From: a virus | Taxonomy: Duplodnaviria; Caudoviricetes | DNA: 64,000 bases | Reading direction: 5' to 3' (one strand) | IMG/VR virus record: IMGVR_UViG_3300017700_000721 | Location: 1-64,000 of that record | Shown here: one piece after another, positions 51,504-60,212 of the stretch | Layout of the letters: every line of letters begins with the position of its first letter | How positions within the stretch are numbered: position 1 is the first letter of the stretch | Notes under the pieces: model-generated | The model's database searches: none | Seen by the model: the letters and a program-made list of their open reading frames with translations, nothing else | What the model was told of the DNA's origin: nothing | Program-made: the position numbers and the translations under genes

Positions 51504-52228
51504 AGCATCCGACCCATCGCTAGGAAGAGGGCAAGTTTCTTCCGTTCATTGCTGGGGTTCCTTCCGAGGAACCGAAGCTCAGCGGCATTCATCTTCTCTC
51601 GGGTAGCAGACTCGAAGGCCAAAGAGTCCAGCACTTCCGGCGCAAAGACAGAGGCAATCCCTCGGAGACCTTTGCTCATCTCACGCTGGATAAGGATCGT
51701 TGTATCCTTCATCCCCAGAGCCTTGATGGTTCCAGCCAGGGTACCATCGTAAAGGTTCAACTCGTCGGCCGTCCGAGCATCGTGGTTCATCGAACGTAGG
51801 TTAGCTAAGACCACGTTCTTCGGCAGGAAAGGTAGCTTCACTACCGATGACCGTGACTTCAAGGTCAGGATCTTCCTCGGCACTGATTGAGCCTGGAAGA
51901 TAAAGCGGGAGAACTTCGCGTCCTCGACCGCTTTCAAAAGCGGACCCACGCTGTCCTGAGGCAATTTCTGGAGACCATAGATGAAGAAGTGCTGTAGGTC
52001 CGAGCCGCCTCGCCCTGCTGTTCTCGCCTCGGTCTCTATCTGCCGGGCCTTGTCCTTCGTGATGCCCTCAGCGTCGTAAAAGATGATGTCCTCGCTCACG
52101 GCGATACGAGCGAGGGCTCCTTGCAGGAGCATCCCCAGACCCAGGTTGTCCGGAGCTTGGACAAAGTAATTCAACCGCCCTGGTCGGCCAATCAACTTCA
52201 GGAACTCTTGGATCTTTATTGGATGCAC
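51500..52228 (-). CDS. Clamp loader delta-prime (HolB)-like subunit
   Basis: LLKAVED....FIF......IL.TLKSRS. Confidence 0.75.
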   Translation of the reverse strand: MHPIKIQEFLKLIGRPGRLNYFVQAPDNLGLGMLLQGALARIAVSEDIIFYDAEGITKDKARQIETEARTAGRGGSDLQHFFIYGLQKLPQDSVGPLLKAVEDAKFSRFIFQAQSVPRKILTLKSRSSVVKLPFLPKNVVLANLRSMNHDARTADELNLYDGTLAGTIKALGMKDTTILIQREMSKGLRGIASVFAPEVLDSLAFESATREKMNAAELRFLGRNPSNERKKLALFLAMGRML

Positions 52229-52260
52229 TCCGCTACAGGAGCGTTGATACCACCTAGACC

Positions 52261-52572
52261 CTAGTCCAGAAGGGTTGCCGCGAATGGCGACGGGTCGCTG
52301 TTTCCTACCAGGAGACCCAAAAGGCTGGCCTGATTGGCGTCGAGCTTCCCGAGGTTAGGGTTCAAGAGCACTTGAAGCTGCTCCGAGGAGCGTACAGCAT
52401 CAGGATACGGAGCATCCGGGAGTTCAGCCACCATCTGGTCGATGGAGTCACCCAAGATGGTGAAACCATCGCTCACGAGCACAGCCTTGCAACGTCGCTG
52501 GGCTGTGCAGTTCTTGCAGGCTGCAAGAGACTCGCCGCCGAAGAAACCAAAGCAGCTTTCCTTGGTCGTCAT
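52261..52572 (-). CDS. Cys-containing hypothetical protein
   Basis: CFG...C..C.....C. Confidence 0.7.
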   Translation of the reverse strand: MTTKESCFGFFGGESLAACKNCTAQRRCKAVLVSDGFTILGDSIDQMVAELPDAPYPDAVRSSEQLQVLLNPNLGKLDANQASLLGLLVGNSDPSPFAATLLD

Positions 52573-54293
52573 TTCGCAATTTCCTTCAGCATCTCGAGGA
52601 TGGCGTTTGGCAGTTCATGGACTCCATCCACATACCGATGAGTATCACAGACCTCCTTCGTCCGCCGATGGGAGCCACCAATGTTCATGCTGATGACTTC
52701 GATCTTGTGCCTCTTGCACCGCTTGTAGATGTTCTTCATCAGCAGGAATTCATTGTGCTCCCTGTTCCCGATGGTCAATTCAGGAGCTCCGTCGGTCACA
52801 ATCCAAAGGATCCGGCGAGGCTCTTTACGAACGATAAGGCGATCGAGGCCTTGAGCATAGGCATCCCCGAGTGGGGTCAAGCCCGACGTCTCCATCGACC
52901 CCAGACGTCCGCAAGAGGAGGCATAGCTCTCCCCAAAGTCCTTGAACAGCGGGAAGTAGAGATTACTCATACGACCACCACCGTTGTTCGGATAGGACTC
53001 AGAGCCCGTTGTGAACCCAGCGATCGAGGTCTTGATGGAAGGCACTCCGTTCAAAGCCTCAGCCAGCATGATCCCAGCCAATCGGATAGCTGATGGGGAC
53101 ATGCTCCCGCTCAAGTCGATTAGAACCTGAACCGCTGTGTCTATCATCGTCCGAGTCCGCTTCTCCTTGAAGATGTCGGTGTTCCCAACATGCAAGCGAG
53201 ACAGCTGCTCGGTGTCCAGAGTACCTTCCTGTAGGCCACGCTCCCAGGCTTTTTTGCTCCTGGTCTGGAGATAGATTTGGAGCATACGCTTCACCGAGGT
53301 GACCTCGGTCTGGACAGACGCCCGGATCATCTGGAATTGAGCCAGGTCAGGCTCAATCGGCTCGAAAAGCTTATCCTTATCCATCCCACAGGGAGGAAGG
53401 ACGTGGTTACCATCCCACATATCCTCACCCACGTTATGACCGTCGATCTGGAGGTCGTTATCCGCTGCGATCGCCTGCAGGGTCATCCCTACGGTTTTCG
53501 CTCGGTCATTCTCCTCCAGGAAGATCAAGATGGCATTGTTCAACGCTTCAATCATCTCAGGTGTCATGGGACGGGCTTGACCCATTCCGCCACCGCCCAC
53601 AAAGATGATCAGCGGCAACTCACCGTTGGGACCCAGCGGGAAATCTCCCAGATCGGCGCCGTAGTTGACGTCCTTCGGAAGGAGCTCGTAGATCCGCCGA
53701 GCGAGAACCAAAGAGTGGCGGCTAGAGGTCAGCCCTTTGATCTTCGTCAATTCCTGCCTGAGCTCCTCGAACTCCGGGAAATCAGCCAGGTTTCGCTTCT
53801 CCTCAAAGAGGACGTCAGCGTTACGGTGGACTCCGTAGCACTCCTTATAAAGGAGGTTGAATGCAAGGTTAGCCACAGTCTCGGGCTTCGGGTTCTTCTC
53901 TTCCTCGTCAGCTGCTCGCTTGTCGTATTCAAGCTGCTGGGTGCAGGCATCCAGATAGATCTTGGTTGTCGGGAAATCCCTGATGGACAGGTTCTCGATC
54001 CTGATGTCCTCGACCAGGTTCCACAGCCCACGAATGGCCGGGTTCAAGGTCTTGTCCTTGCTCAGGTCCGGCATCCACTCGGTGTACTTCAGATGGCCAA
54101 TCTCGTGATCGAGGTAGCCGTTGTAAACGTCCACCTGCCAATTAGACAGGACGGTCCCAGGCGGAAGTGCTGGGAGGTTTATGTGACGCCCAGACACGAA
54201 GGCCGTCGTTCCGCCGAAGGTTACGTAGGTCCCCCGCCCGGATCGGGCCCTGGCATATTGCTGGGCAAAGTGAGTGAACGACTGGTGTCTCAT
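52569..54293 (-). CDS. CobT-like vWA domain protein
   Basis: HEIGH, N.VED.RIE, DLSGSM MIDAS, TP, VTDG.P. Confidence 0.88.
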   Translation of the reverse strand: MRHQSFTHFAQQYARARSGRGTYVTFGGTTAFVSGRHINLPALPPGTVLSNWQVDVYNGYLDHEIGHLKYTEWMPDLSKDKTLNPAIRGLWNLVEDIRIENLSIRDFPTTKIYLDACTQQLEYDKRAADEEEKNPKPETVANLAFNLLYKECYGVHRNADVLFEEKRNLADFPEFEELRQELTKIKGLTSSRHSLVLARRIYELLPKDVNYGADLGDFPLGPNGELPLIIFVGGGGMGQARPMTPEMIEALNNAILIFLEENDRAKTVGMTLQAIAADNDLQIDGHNVGEDMWDGNHVLPPCGMDKDKLFEPIEPDLAQFQMIRASVQTEVTSVKRMLQIYLQTRSKKAWERGLQEGTLDTEQLSRLHVGNTDIFKEKRTRTMIDTAVQVLIDLSGSMSPSAIRLAGIMLAEALNGVPSIKTSIAGFTTGSESYPNNGGGRMSNLYFPLFKDFGESYASSCGRLGSMETSGLTPLGDAYAQGLDRLIVRKEPRRILWIVTDGAPELTIGNREHNEFLLMKNIYKRCKRHKIEVISMNIGGSHRRTKEVCDTHRYVDGVHELPNAILEMLKEIAK

Positions 54294-55450
54294 TTGCCCT
54301 TCGCCACCAAACCGTGGTTCTCGAGGATCTTCTTCGCAACGGCGCTGTTGTCGCGACCCATCCAGTTGAGGATGGCGCAACGGATAGCTTCCTCGCGGCC
54401 GAGTACTGGTTCCATGTCAAACACGTCGATCAGCTTGCGCGTCGAGATGGTGACAGGCAAGACACCGTCGCTGAACGACTTGCGGATCTCCATCGCGGCT
54501 TCCACAAACTTCTGGACCACCGCAGGATCACTGTCTGGAAACCGGGCTTTAAGCATGGCGATCTCCTTGTCCTTCGCCAGGTAGCCCACCGTCAGCTTGA
54601 TCGGGAAGCGGTCGAGCAGCGCGGTGTTCATCACCTCGGTGCCGGTGTACATTCCGCTGTCGTCACCTTTGCCACCCGTGTTGCCAGTCCCTACGACGGT
54701 GAACCCAGGCGAGGCTACAATCGTTTCGCCCGTCTCGGGGAGGTAAAGGGTACGCTTCTTCTCCAGAACGGGGTTCAAGACAGCCGCGATGCTGGCCGGG
54801 GTGTAGTCCATCTCGTCAATCAGCAGCGTGATCCCAAGCTTCATGGCAGTCGGAAGGGCGCCGTACATGAAGTAGGTTCCCTTCGACGGATCTGCGCGCA
54901 TCGATCCGATGAAGTTGCCCACGGTCACGTCGCCGTTCATGTTCACCCGCTTGAGCGGTCGGCCCAGCTGAGCATGGATCTGCTCGACACCGTCGGTCTT
55001 ACCGCAGCCAGTCGGACCTTCGATATAGACGTTCGATCCCTTCACGAGGCCGAAGGCAACGGCCTTCACGACGGCCGGCACGAAGACAAACTCGTTGTTG
55101 ATCGTCGGCACCATCCCCGCAATGGACGGGTCGACAGTGACCGGAAACTGCTTCTTCAGGTCAGTGAAGAGATCAGACGCAACTTCGGCTTGGAAGGCCT
55201 TCAGGAACGGCTCGAGGTCGTCGGAAGACTTGCTCTTCCGACCCACCATCCGGAGCAGCTCGGCCGTGATCGGCGACACAAGCGAAGCAGCTTGACCGAA
55301 CTCGTTCTTGTACTGGCCTGCACTCTTGCCGTGCTTATCTTGAAGATGCTTCACGAGCGAATGAGCCTGAAACCCACAGTATTTGCAGGATGGGCACGAG
55401 GCTGCCACTCGATCCCTGAATTCAGCTACTGTCAAAGTCCCGGCCATCAA
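54290..55450 (-). CDS. CobS/MoxR-family AAA+ ATPase with N-terminal C2H2 finger
   Basis: GPTGCGKT, LLIDEMD, GNT.G.GD, ALLDRF, STR.L. Confidence 0.92.
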   Translation of the reverse strand: MMAGTLTVAEFRDRVAASCPSCKYCGFQAHSLVKHLQDKHGKSAGQYKNEFGQAASLVSPITAELLRMVGRKSKSSDDLEPFLKAFQAEVASDLFTDLKKQFPVTVDPSIAGMVPTINNEFVFVPAVVKAVAFGLVKGSNVYIEGPTGCGKTDGVEQIHAQLGRPLKRVNMNGDVTVGNFIGSMRADPSKGTYFMYGALPTAMKLGITLLIDEMDYTPASIAAVLNPVLEKKRTLYLPETGETIVASPGFTVVGTGNTGGKGDDSGMYTGTEVMNTALLDRFPIKLTVGYLAKDKEIAMLKARFPDSDPAVVQKFVEAAMEIRKSFSDGVLPVTISTRKLIDVFDMEPVLGREEAIRCAILNWMGRDNSAVAKKILENHGLVAKGK

Positions 55451-55471
55451 TCACTCCTTGAGAAGTGGTGT

Positions 55472-55500
55472 ATTATACCACGTCCCAATGGCGATGTCAA
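55472..55500 (-). promoter_or_regulatory. sigma70-type promoter
   Basis: TTGACA-17-TATAAT. Confidence 0.9.
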
Positions 55501-56339
55501 GCACTCGCTTTTTGCTTCTCCAAGGGCTGTCCTAGCACCTTCCTCACGTAGCTGTTGTCCAGCTGCTGCACCTGTAGGGAGCGCCGCTCGAGGATCATGG
55601 GAAACTCAGCCCAATCCTTGATGAAAGGAGGGTGGTTCATCTCGGGACGTGCCTCGAAAGCCGTGTTGTGGCGATCCAGATGAGAGCCCAGACCCACTTC
55701 CTTGTCCGGGACGTTCAGGTGAATAAGACTGGTTAGGTCCCTATATTCGTCGATGAAGTCCTTACGGATCTTCTCGTCCCAGAGGTCCACGCCACGAGCA
55801 TACATGTGGGTCGTATCTACGCACATCCGCACGGTGACTGACTGAACAGCGCGGGCGACTTCGGCAATGAACTCAGGGCTCCCGATCGCCGATCCGTTCT
55901 TGCTCCCGCTGTCAGTCTCCAGAAGAAAGTCTACGTCCCACTTCTCGTCCCAGACATCGTTCAGGAAATCAACGATGTTCTTGAAGGCTTCCGGCTCGGA
56001 GAGCTCCTTCTTGAAGCCAGGGTGTAGGACCACCCGCCTGGCGCCTAGTGCTTCCGCTGTGGCAATCTGCTCCTTGAAGTGGCGCTTGTAAAAGCCACGG
56101 CGCTGCTTCATTCCTTCGCAAGGGTTGATTACATACGGAAGATGGAGCGTCACGGCCATCTCATACGACATCTTCCGGAAAGTGGCGGCCACTTCGTCGG
56201 TGATCTCCCACGGAGCGTAGTCGCGCCCTTTCCCATTCATCAGCTGGATCTCGTTGTAGCAAAGGCCGCGGGCCGTTGCTATGGCGTAGGACAGCCCTTC
56301 ATCGGCTCCCAGGTGACCGCCTAGTTTGAGGTGGCTCAT
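55497..56339 (-). CDS. nfo: Endonuclease IV (AP endonuclease family 2)
   Basis: GGH, HLPYVIN, HPG, LLE, DTTH, HLN, DRH, ILE. Confidence 0.9.
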   Translation of the reverse strand: MSHLKLGGHLGADEGLSYAIATARGLCYNEIQLMNGKGRDYAPWEITDEVAATFRKMSYEMAVTLHLPYVINPCEGMKQRRGFYKRHFKEQIATAEALGARRVVLHPGFKKELSEPEAFKNIVDFLNDVWDEKWDVDFLLETDSGSKNGSAIGSPEFIAEVARAVQSVTVRMCVDTTHMYARGVDLWDEKIRKDFIDEYRDLTSLIHLNVPDKEVGLGSHLDRHNTAFEARPEMNHPPFIKDWAEFPMILERRSLQVQQLDNSYVRKVLGQPLEKQKASA

Positions 56340-56353
56340 GAATACTCCTTGTC

Positions 56354-58597
56354 TCAGGCTGCCAGCAGCATCTTGTCATACTCGCCCGCTGCGAGCTTGG
56401 CCAGGTCAATCTCCTTTTGGAGGCCCCAGACATCGCCCACCTTCGGGGCGACAGTGAGTTGAACCTGCCAGGTCTTGACCTCGAACTCCATGGCCTTCTT
56501 GATGATCGGAGCTACTTCCTGAACCAGCTCGTTCCGCACGAGGAACGCAAGCTCGTCATGGATCTGCATGGCGAAGGCCACGTCACGCCATTTGTAGCCG
56601 TGAAGCTTGAGAGCCTTGTCCACCTTCACCATCGCAATGCGCGTCACCTCAGCGGCGGTTCCCTGAATAGCGGTGTTCACCGCGGACCGATTGGCGAAAG
56701 CATGGATCTTCGGGTCGGGGTTATCATAGAACGACTTCAGGCTCCGCTTCCGACCGAAGAATGTGGTTGTGTAGCCGTTCTTCCTGGCAAAAACATGGAC
56801 CTTACCCATCCATCCGAATAGAACAGGGTGACCACGGACAAACCCGTCGTAGACCTGCTCGGCCGCGGCTCTGGGAATGTCAGCCTTAATAGCCAGAGTG
56901 TAGGCCGTTGCCCCGTAGAATGTTGCAAAGTTGAGCACCTTGCCCACGTCGCGCTTTCTCTTCTTCTCTTCCTTCGACAAGGCGTGGAATGTGTCAATCG
57001 GAATGCCATAAGCAGCGGCTGCCGTGAGAGAGTGGAGGTCATCTCCCTTGGCCAGAGCTCTGAGCCACCTAGGCTCGCCCGACATATTGGCACCAATGAC
57101 CAATTCCTGGCGGTCGTAGTCGAAGGAGAGTAGTTTGTAGCCCTTCGGAGCACGGAAGGCTTGGCGCACTGATGGGATCATCAGCACGCCCTTCTGTACT
57201 CGTCGCGTGGTGTCAATGTTGACTGACTCACACTGAGCTGGGCAGCCTACACACGTCTCGCGGATGCAAACAATAGGCTCGCGGCCTTCTTCGTCCTCAT
57301 CACCCTCTCTAGGGATGACATAAGGAAGGCTACGAACAACAGTCTGCCAATCAGCAGGAGCTTGAGGCGCTTCGCCAGGCTCTAGCCCTGCTCTCAGATC
57401 GATGAGGATGTCCGAGTCGTCAACCTGCGATATGTAATCGGCAGAGTCAGGCGTACCCTTCAAATCTACGGCCATCACTTCGCGAGCTTCGCCGTTAGAG
57501 ACGGCCTGAATGTTCACTCCTGTGGCGCCGTCGACGTCCGGATCACCGCCTGGGGCAGAGAACCTGAAAGTCGGAGCTGCAAAGGTGTTGAAGTTGAACC
57601 TAGGTTTGATCTCTCGATCGGAGAGTGCCTGTAGCTTATTGAAGTAGGAACTACGGGCCTTCACAATCTTCTTGTAAGCGATGATCGTCTCTACGATCGG
57701 ATTGGCTCGGGCGAGCTTCTCCAGCGCCTCTTCCTTGGTAACGTGGATTGGGTTCTTGCCCTTGGTCTTGCCTGGCGAAGGCAAGCCGCCCCGCTCGAAC
57801 AGAGCGTCGCCGAGCTGCTTAGGGCTGTTGATCTCGAAGGTGTAGCCGATCACCCGGAATATCTGCTCCCGCATGGTAGCAGCCCGGGTCTCAAGCATCG
57901 CCATCTGATTATCGATGTACTCCCGGTTGAGTTCCATCCCGCCGTTGTGTTCCATCCGGCGGACAATGTCGATGAGCAGGGTGTCAATCTGCACAGCCAT
58001 CGGGTTCTCAGTCGCAACGTAGGCGTAGTGATCCCACATCTGCATGCCTACGTCGGCGTCAGCACAGGCGTAGTCGGTGCATCGCTCCGGTGATTTGGTG
58101 GTAATATCCAGGCGACCTGCTTTGATCTCCTCGGGGGTGAAGAGGTCCTCGAACTTGGTCATGTCGATGCCCAAGTCTTCATGGGCCACCGTCTTCAGAC
58201 CAATCTTCTTCCGATCAGGGTCAGCTAGGTAGACAAGCTCAAGCGCATCGTTGAACTTGAAGTCAGGTTTCCACTTCAACCCCTTCTTGACCACCTGCAC
58301 CTGCAGGATGTTCAAGTCATACTTGGCGTTGTAGAAGATGGGGGTGTGAGACTCCATCTTCTCTTCCATGAGCTCCCAGACAGGCTCAAACGGTAGGTTC
58401 GCCTCGGGGTTCACTCGATGGTTAAATGGGACATAAAGGGCTGAGCCCTTCGCAAGAGACACTGACATTCCGGCAATGCCTGCGCGGCGAGTGTCAAGAC
58501 TCTTTGCCTCAGTATCCATCCCCATCTGGTTCTTGGGGTGGACTGTGGACAGATATTGCTTCACGTGGTCGAGTGACCTAGCTAACTCGTACGCCAT
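56354..58597 (-). CDS. polA: Family A DNA polymerase with 3'-5' exonuclease
   Basis: DTE, NAKYD, YA..D; motif A DY..QEL, motif B R...K..NF...YG, motif C IHDEL. Confidence 0.95.
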   Translation of the reverse strand: MAYELARSLDHVKQYLSTVHPKNQMGMDTEAKSLDTRRAGIAGMSVSLAKGSALYVPFNHRVNPEANLPFEPVWELMEEKMESHTPIFYNAKYDLNILQVQVVKKGLKWKPDFKFNDALELVYLADPDRKKIGLKTVAHEDLGIDMTKFEDLFTPEEIKAGRLDITTKSPERCTDYACADADVGMQMWDHYAYVATENPMAVQIDTLLIDIVRRMEHNGGMELNREYIDNQMAMLETRAATMREQIFRVIGYTFEINSPKQLGDALFERGGLPSPGKTKGKNPIHVTKEEALEKLARANPIVETIIAYKKIVKARSSYFNKLQALSDREIKPRFNFNTFAAPTFRFSAPGGDPDVDGATGVNIQAVSNGEAREVMAVDLKGTPDSADYISQVDDSDILIDLRAGLEPGEAPQAPADWQTVVRSLPYVIPREGDEDEEGREPIVCIRETCVGCPAQCESVNIDTTRRVQKGVLMIPSVRQAFRAPKGYKLLSFDYDRQELVIGANMSGEPRWLRALAKGDDLHSLTAAAAYGIPIDTFHALSKEEKKRKRDVGKVLNFATFYGATAYTLAIKADIPRAAAEQVYDGFVRGHPVLFGWMGKVHVFARKNGYTTTFFGRKRSLKSFYDNPDPKIHAFANRSAVNTAIQGTAAEVTRIAMVKVDKALKLHGYKWRDVAFAMQIHDELAFLVRNELVQEVAPIIKKAMEFEVKTWQVQLTVAPKVGDVWGLQKEIDLAKLAAGEYDKMLLAA

Positions 58598-58625
58598 CCA
58601 TCCGCCTTTGCTTTGACGAACGCTC

Positions 58626-59453
58626 CTAAGCTAGGGTCTGCAGAAGGCCCAGGGAGAGGTGTGCGCTCGGGTCGGAGAGGTGCTTCTTCTTCAAGGTGAT
58701 GCTCGACGTCTGCCAAACACCGGCCTTCAAGAAGCTGATCCCCACTAGGTTCTCCATACCCTTATCATAGCACATGGCCACGATGGTGTCACAGTTGGCA
58801 GCCTTGCCACTGATCTTCCAGAAGAGGGGATCATCCTTCCTCGTCTGGGCCCGATAGCGGTACTGACGCGAGGACTTCACGTTAACCCGACCCAGCACAG
58901 AGTCGTCAAAGTCATAGTCAGCCTGGGAACCCTGCGTCAGGTTCTTGTCCTCGGTGACAAGCGAACCACGAAGCCGAGCGAAGTCGAGCTCAGCGCGGCG
59001 GCCCTTGTTCACGCTGTTGGCTCCCACCGTATAGTCAATGAGATCGGCAATCTCGAGCTCGTACTTCTCCACACACTTCCGAATGAGGGAGTCATTCACG
59101 TCGTGAATGTGAGCGACGAGACGGACTGAACGGTACTTCTCAAACTGCTCGAGCAAGAACTCCTCGGTCCAATCCAGCTCACGGACAGGCTCACCCATGA
59201 AGATGGGTCGAAGAGCAGAGTCGCTACAGCCAATGCTCTCGGCCAGTTTGGCCAGCGAGCCCTTCTTGGCAAGCATCTCCAGCTGTTCTTCCCGAGTCTT
59301 CGACTTAATCCAAGTCAACGGACTCATCAGGCTCTTCGAACGCCAGAGCTCGTCTGTTTGCTTGGGGTCCAGACCCAGGTAGGTTCCCAGCGCCTTCTTT
59401 GATCCCAGCATCAGGACCAGTTTCTGGTATTCGTTGTCCGTCAATGAAAGCAT
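58626..59453 (-). CDS. HTH-repeat protein with PD-(D/E)XK-like C-terminal domain
   Basis: Repeated HTH-like segments; GRRAE, D.D, VNVKSS. Confidence 0.6.
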   Translation of the reverse strand: MLSLTDNEYQKLVLMLGSKKALGTYLGLDPKQTDELWRSKSLMSPLTWIKSKTREEQLEMLAKKGSLAKLAESIGCSDSALRPIFMGEPVRELDWTEEFLLEQFEKYRSVRLVAHIHDVNDSLIRKCVEKYELEIADLIDYTVGANSVNKGRRAELDFARLRGSLVTEDKNLTQGSQADYDFDDSVLGRVNVKSSRQYRYRAQTRKDDPLFWKISGKAANCDTIVAMCYDKGMENLVGISFLKAGVWQTSSITLKKKHLSDPSAHLSLGLLQTLA

Positions 59454-59955
59454 TCTTCGCCTCTCTAACTCTATTATAACATATTTCGAGTGCTTTGTCA
59501 AGCTTTGATTTATCAGCCTGGCCGCGTTCGTAGGCCAGGAGCACCCGGTCAAAAGTCTCAGCTAGAGTGGCGTGCTCTCTCCTTGGGAGGTGGCGGGCTG
59601 TCTTTAGTACAGCCTCCACCTGGTTGCGCAACTTGGCGACTGTGTGGCGATCTGTTCGGTCATGCTCCTCCCCGAGGTCCACACCAAAGATCTTCTCCAG
59701 ATCCTTGAGTGAGTCCCTCCAAGGGACTCCATCGTTTACGTTCTTCACCTTCGCGTAGAACAGGTGAGGCGGTAGGGTGTAATCACACGAGAAGCAGTGC
59801 GCTAGGCTTGTCGTATGGTAAAAACCCGCAGAGGGGTCTCGGTCATCGTGAATTGGGCAGCAGAATGCAAACCGACCTGACTTCTCCAGGTAACTGATGC
59901 CCAGCAGCTTCAGTATCTGCTCAGGACTTATGAGCGGTTTCTGTTCGTGGTCCAC
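59305..59955 (-). CDS. CHC2 primase zinc-finger protein
   Basis: CPIHDDRDPS.......HCFSC. Confidence 0.85.
   Translation of the reverse strand: MDHEQKPLISPEQILKLLGISYLEKSGRFAFCCPIHDDRDPSAGFYHTTSLAHCFSCDYTLPPHLFYAKVKNVNDGVPWRDSLKDLEKIFGVDLGEEHDRTDRHTVAKLRNQVEAVLKTARHLPRREHATLAETFDRVLLAYERGQADKSKLDKALEICYNRVREAKNAFIDGQRIPETGPDAGIKEGAGNLPGSGPQANRRALAFEEPDESVDLD
59473..59501 (-). promoter_or_regulatory. sigma70-type promoter (intragenic)
   Basis: TTGACA-17-TATAAT. Confidence 0.85.
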
Positions 59956-60212
59956 GATCTCACGTTGCTTGGTCTATTCTCGTCAAAGACCCGGTAAGGC
60001 TCACCTTCGGTGATATTCAAATCCGCCTGGGTCTGATTGCCTATTGACTGACCCGACGTGGTGAAACACACCAAATGGCCGGGCGTCGTCTTGTAGGTCC
60101 AGCCGGAGATCTCCTTTGATCGGCGGTTGGCTACCTTCTGTATCTCTGCCAGCAGCTCCTCCCTCGACCCTCGAAAGTAGTTCACTGCAAAGGCCTGGGT
60201 TATCAAACTCAC
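59928..60212 (-). CDS. Hypothetical protein
   Basis: GTGA coupling. Confidence 0.65.
   Translation of the reverse strand: MSLITQAFAVNYFRGSREELLAEIQKVANRRSKEISGWTYKTTPGHLVCFTTSGQSIGNQTQADLNITEGEPYRVFDENRPSNVRSWTTNRNRS

Noticed and set aside
52569-55450. Cobalamin biosynthesis (cobaltochelatase) as an auxiliary pathway
   Set aside because: No CobN; CobS/CobT-like AAA+/vWA pairs are common in large phages and probably chaperone-like
53277-55621. Long plus-strand ORFs (435 aa twice; also 40998-42056, 33487-34293)
   Set aside because: Antisense shadows of codon-biased minus-strand genes; no motifs, SDs or promoters
57170-57500. Intein in PolA
   Set aside because: No Cys/Ser start with His-Asn end; treated as an insertion domain
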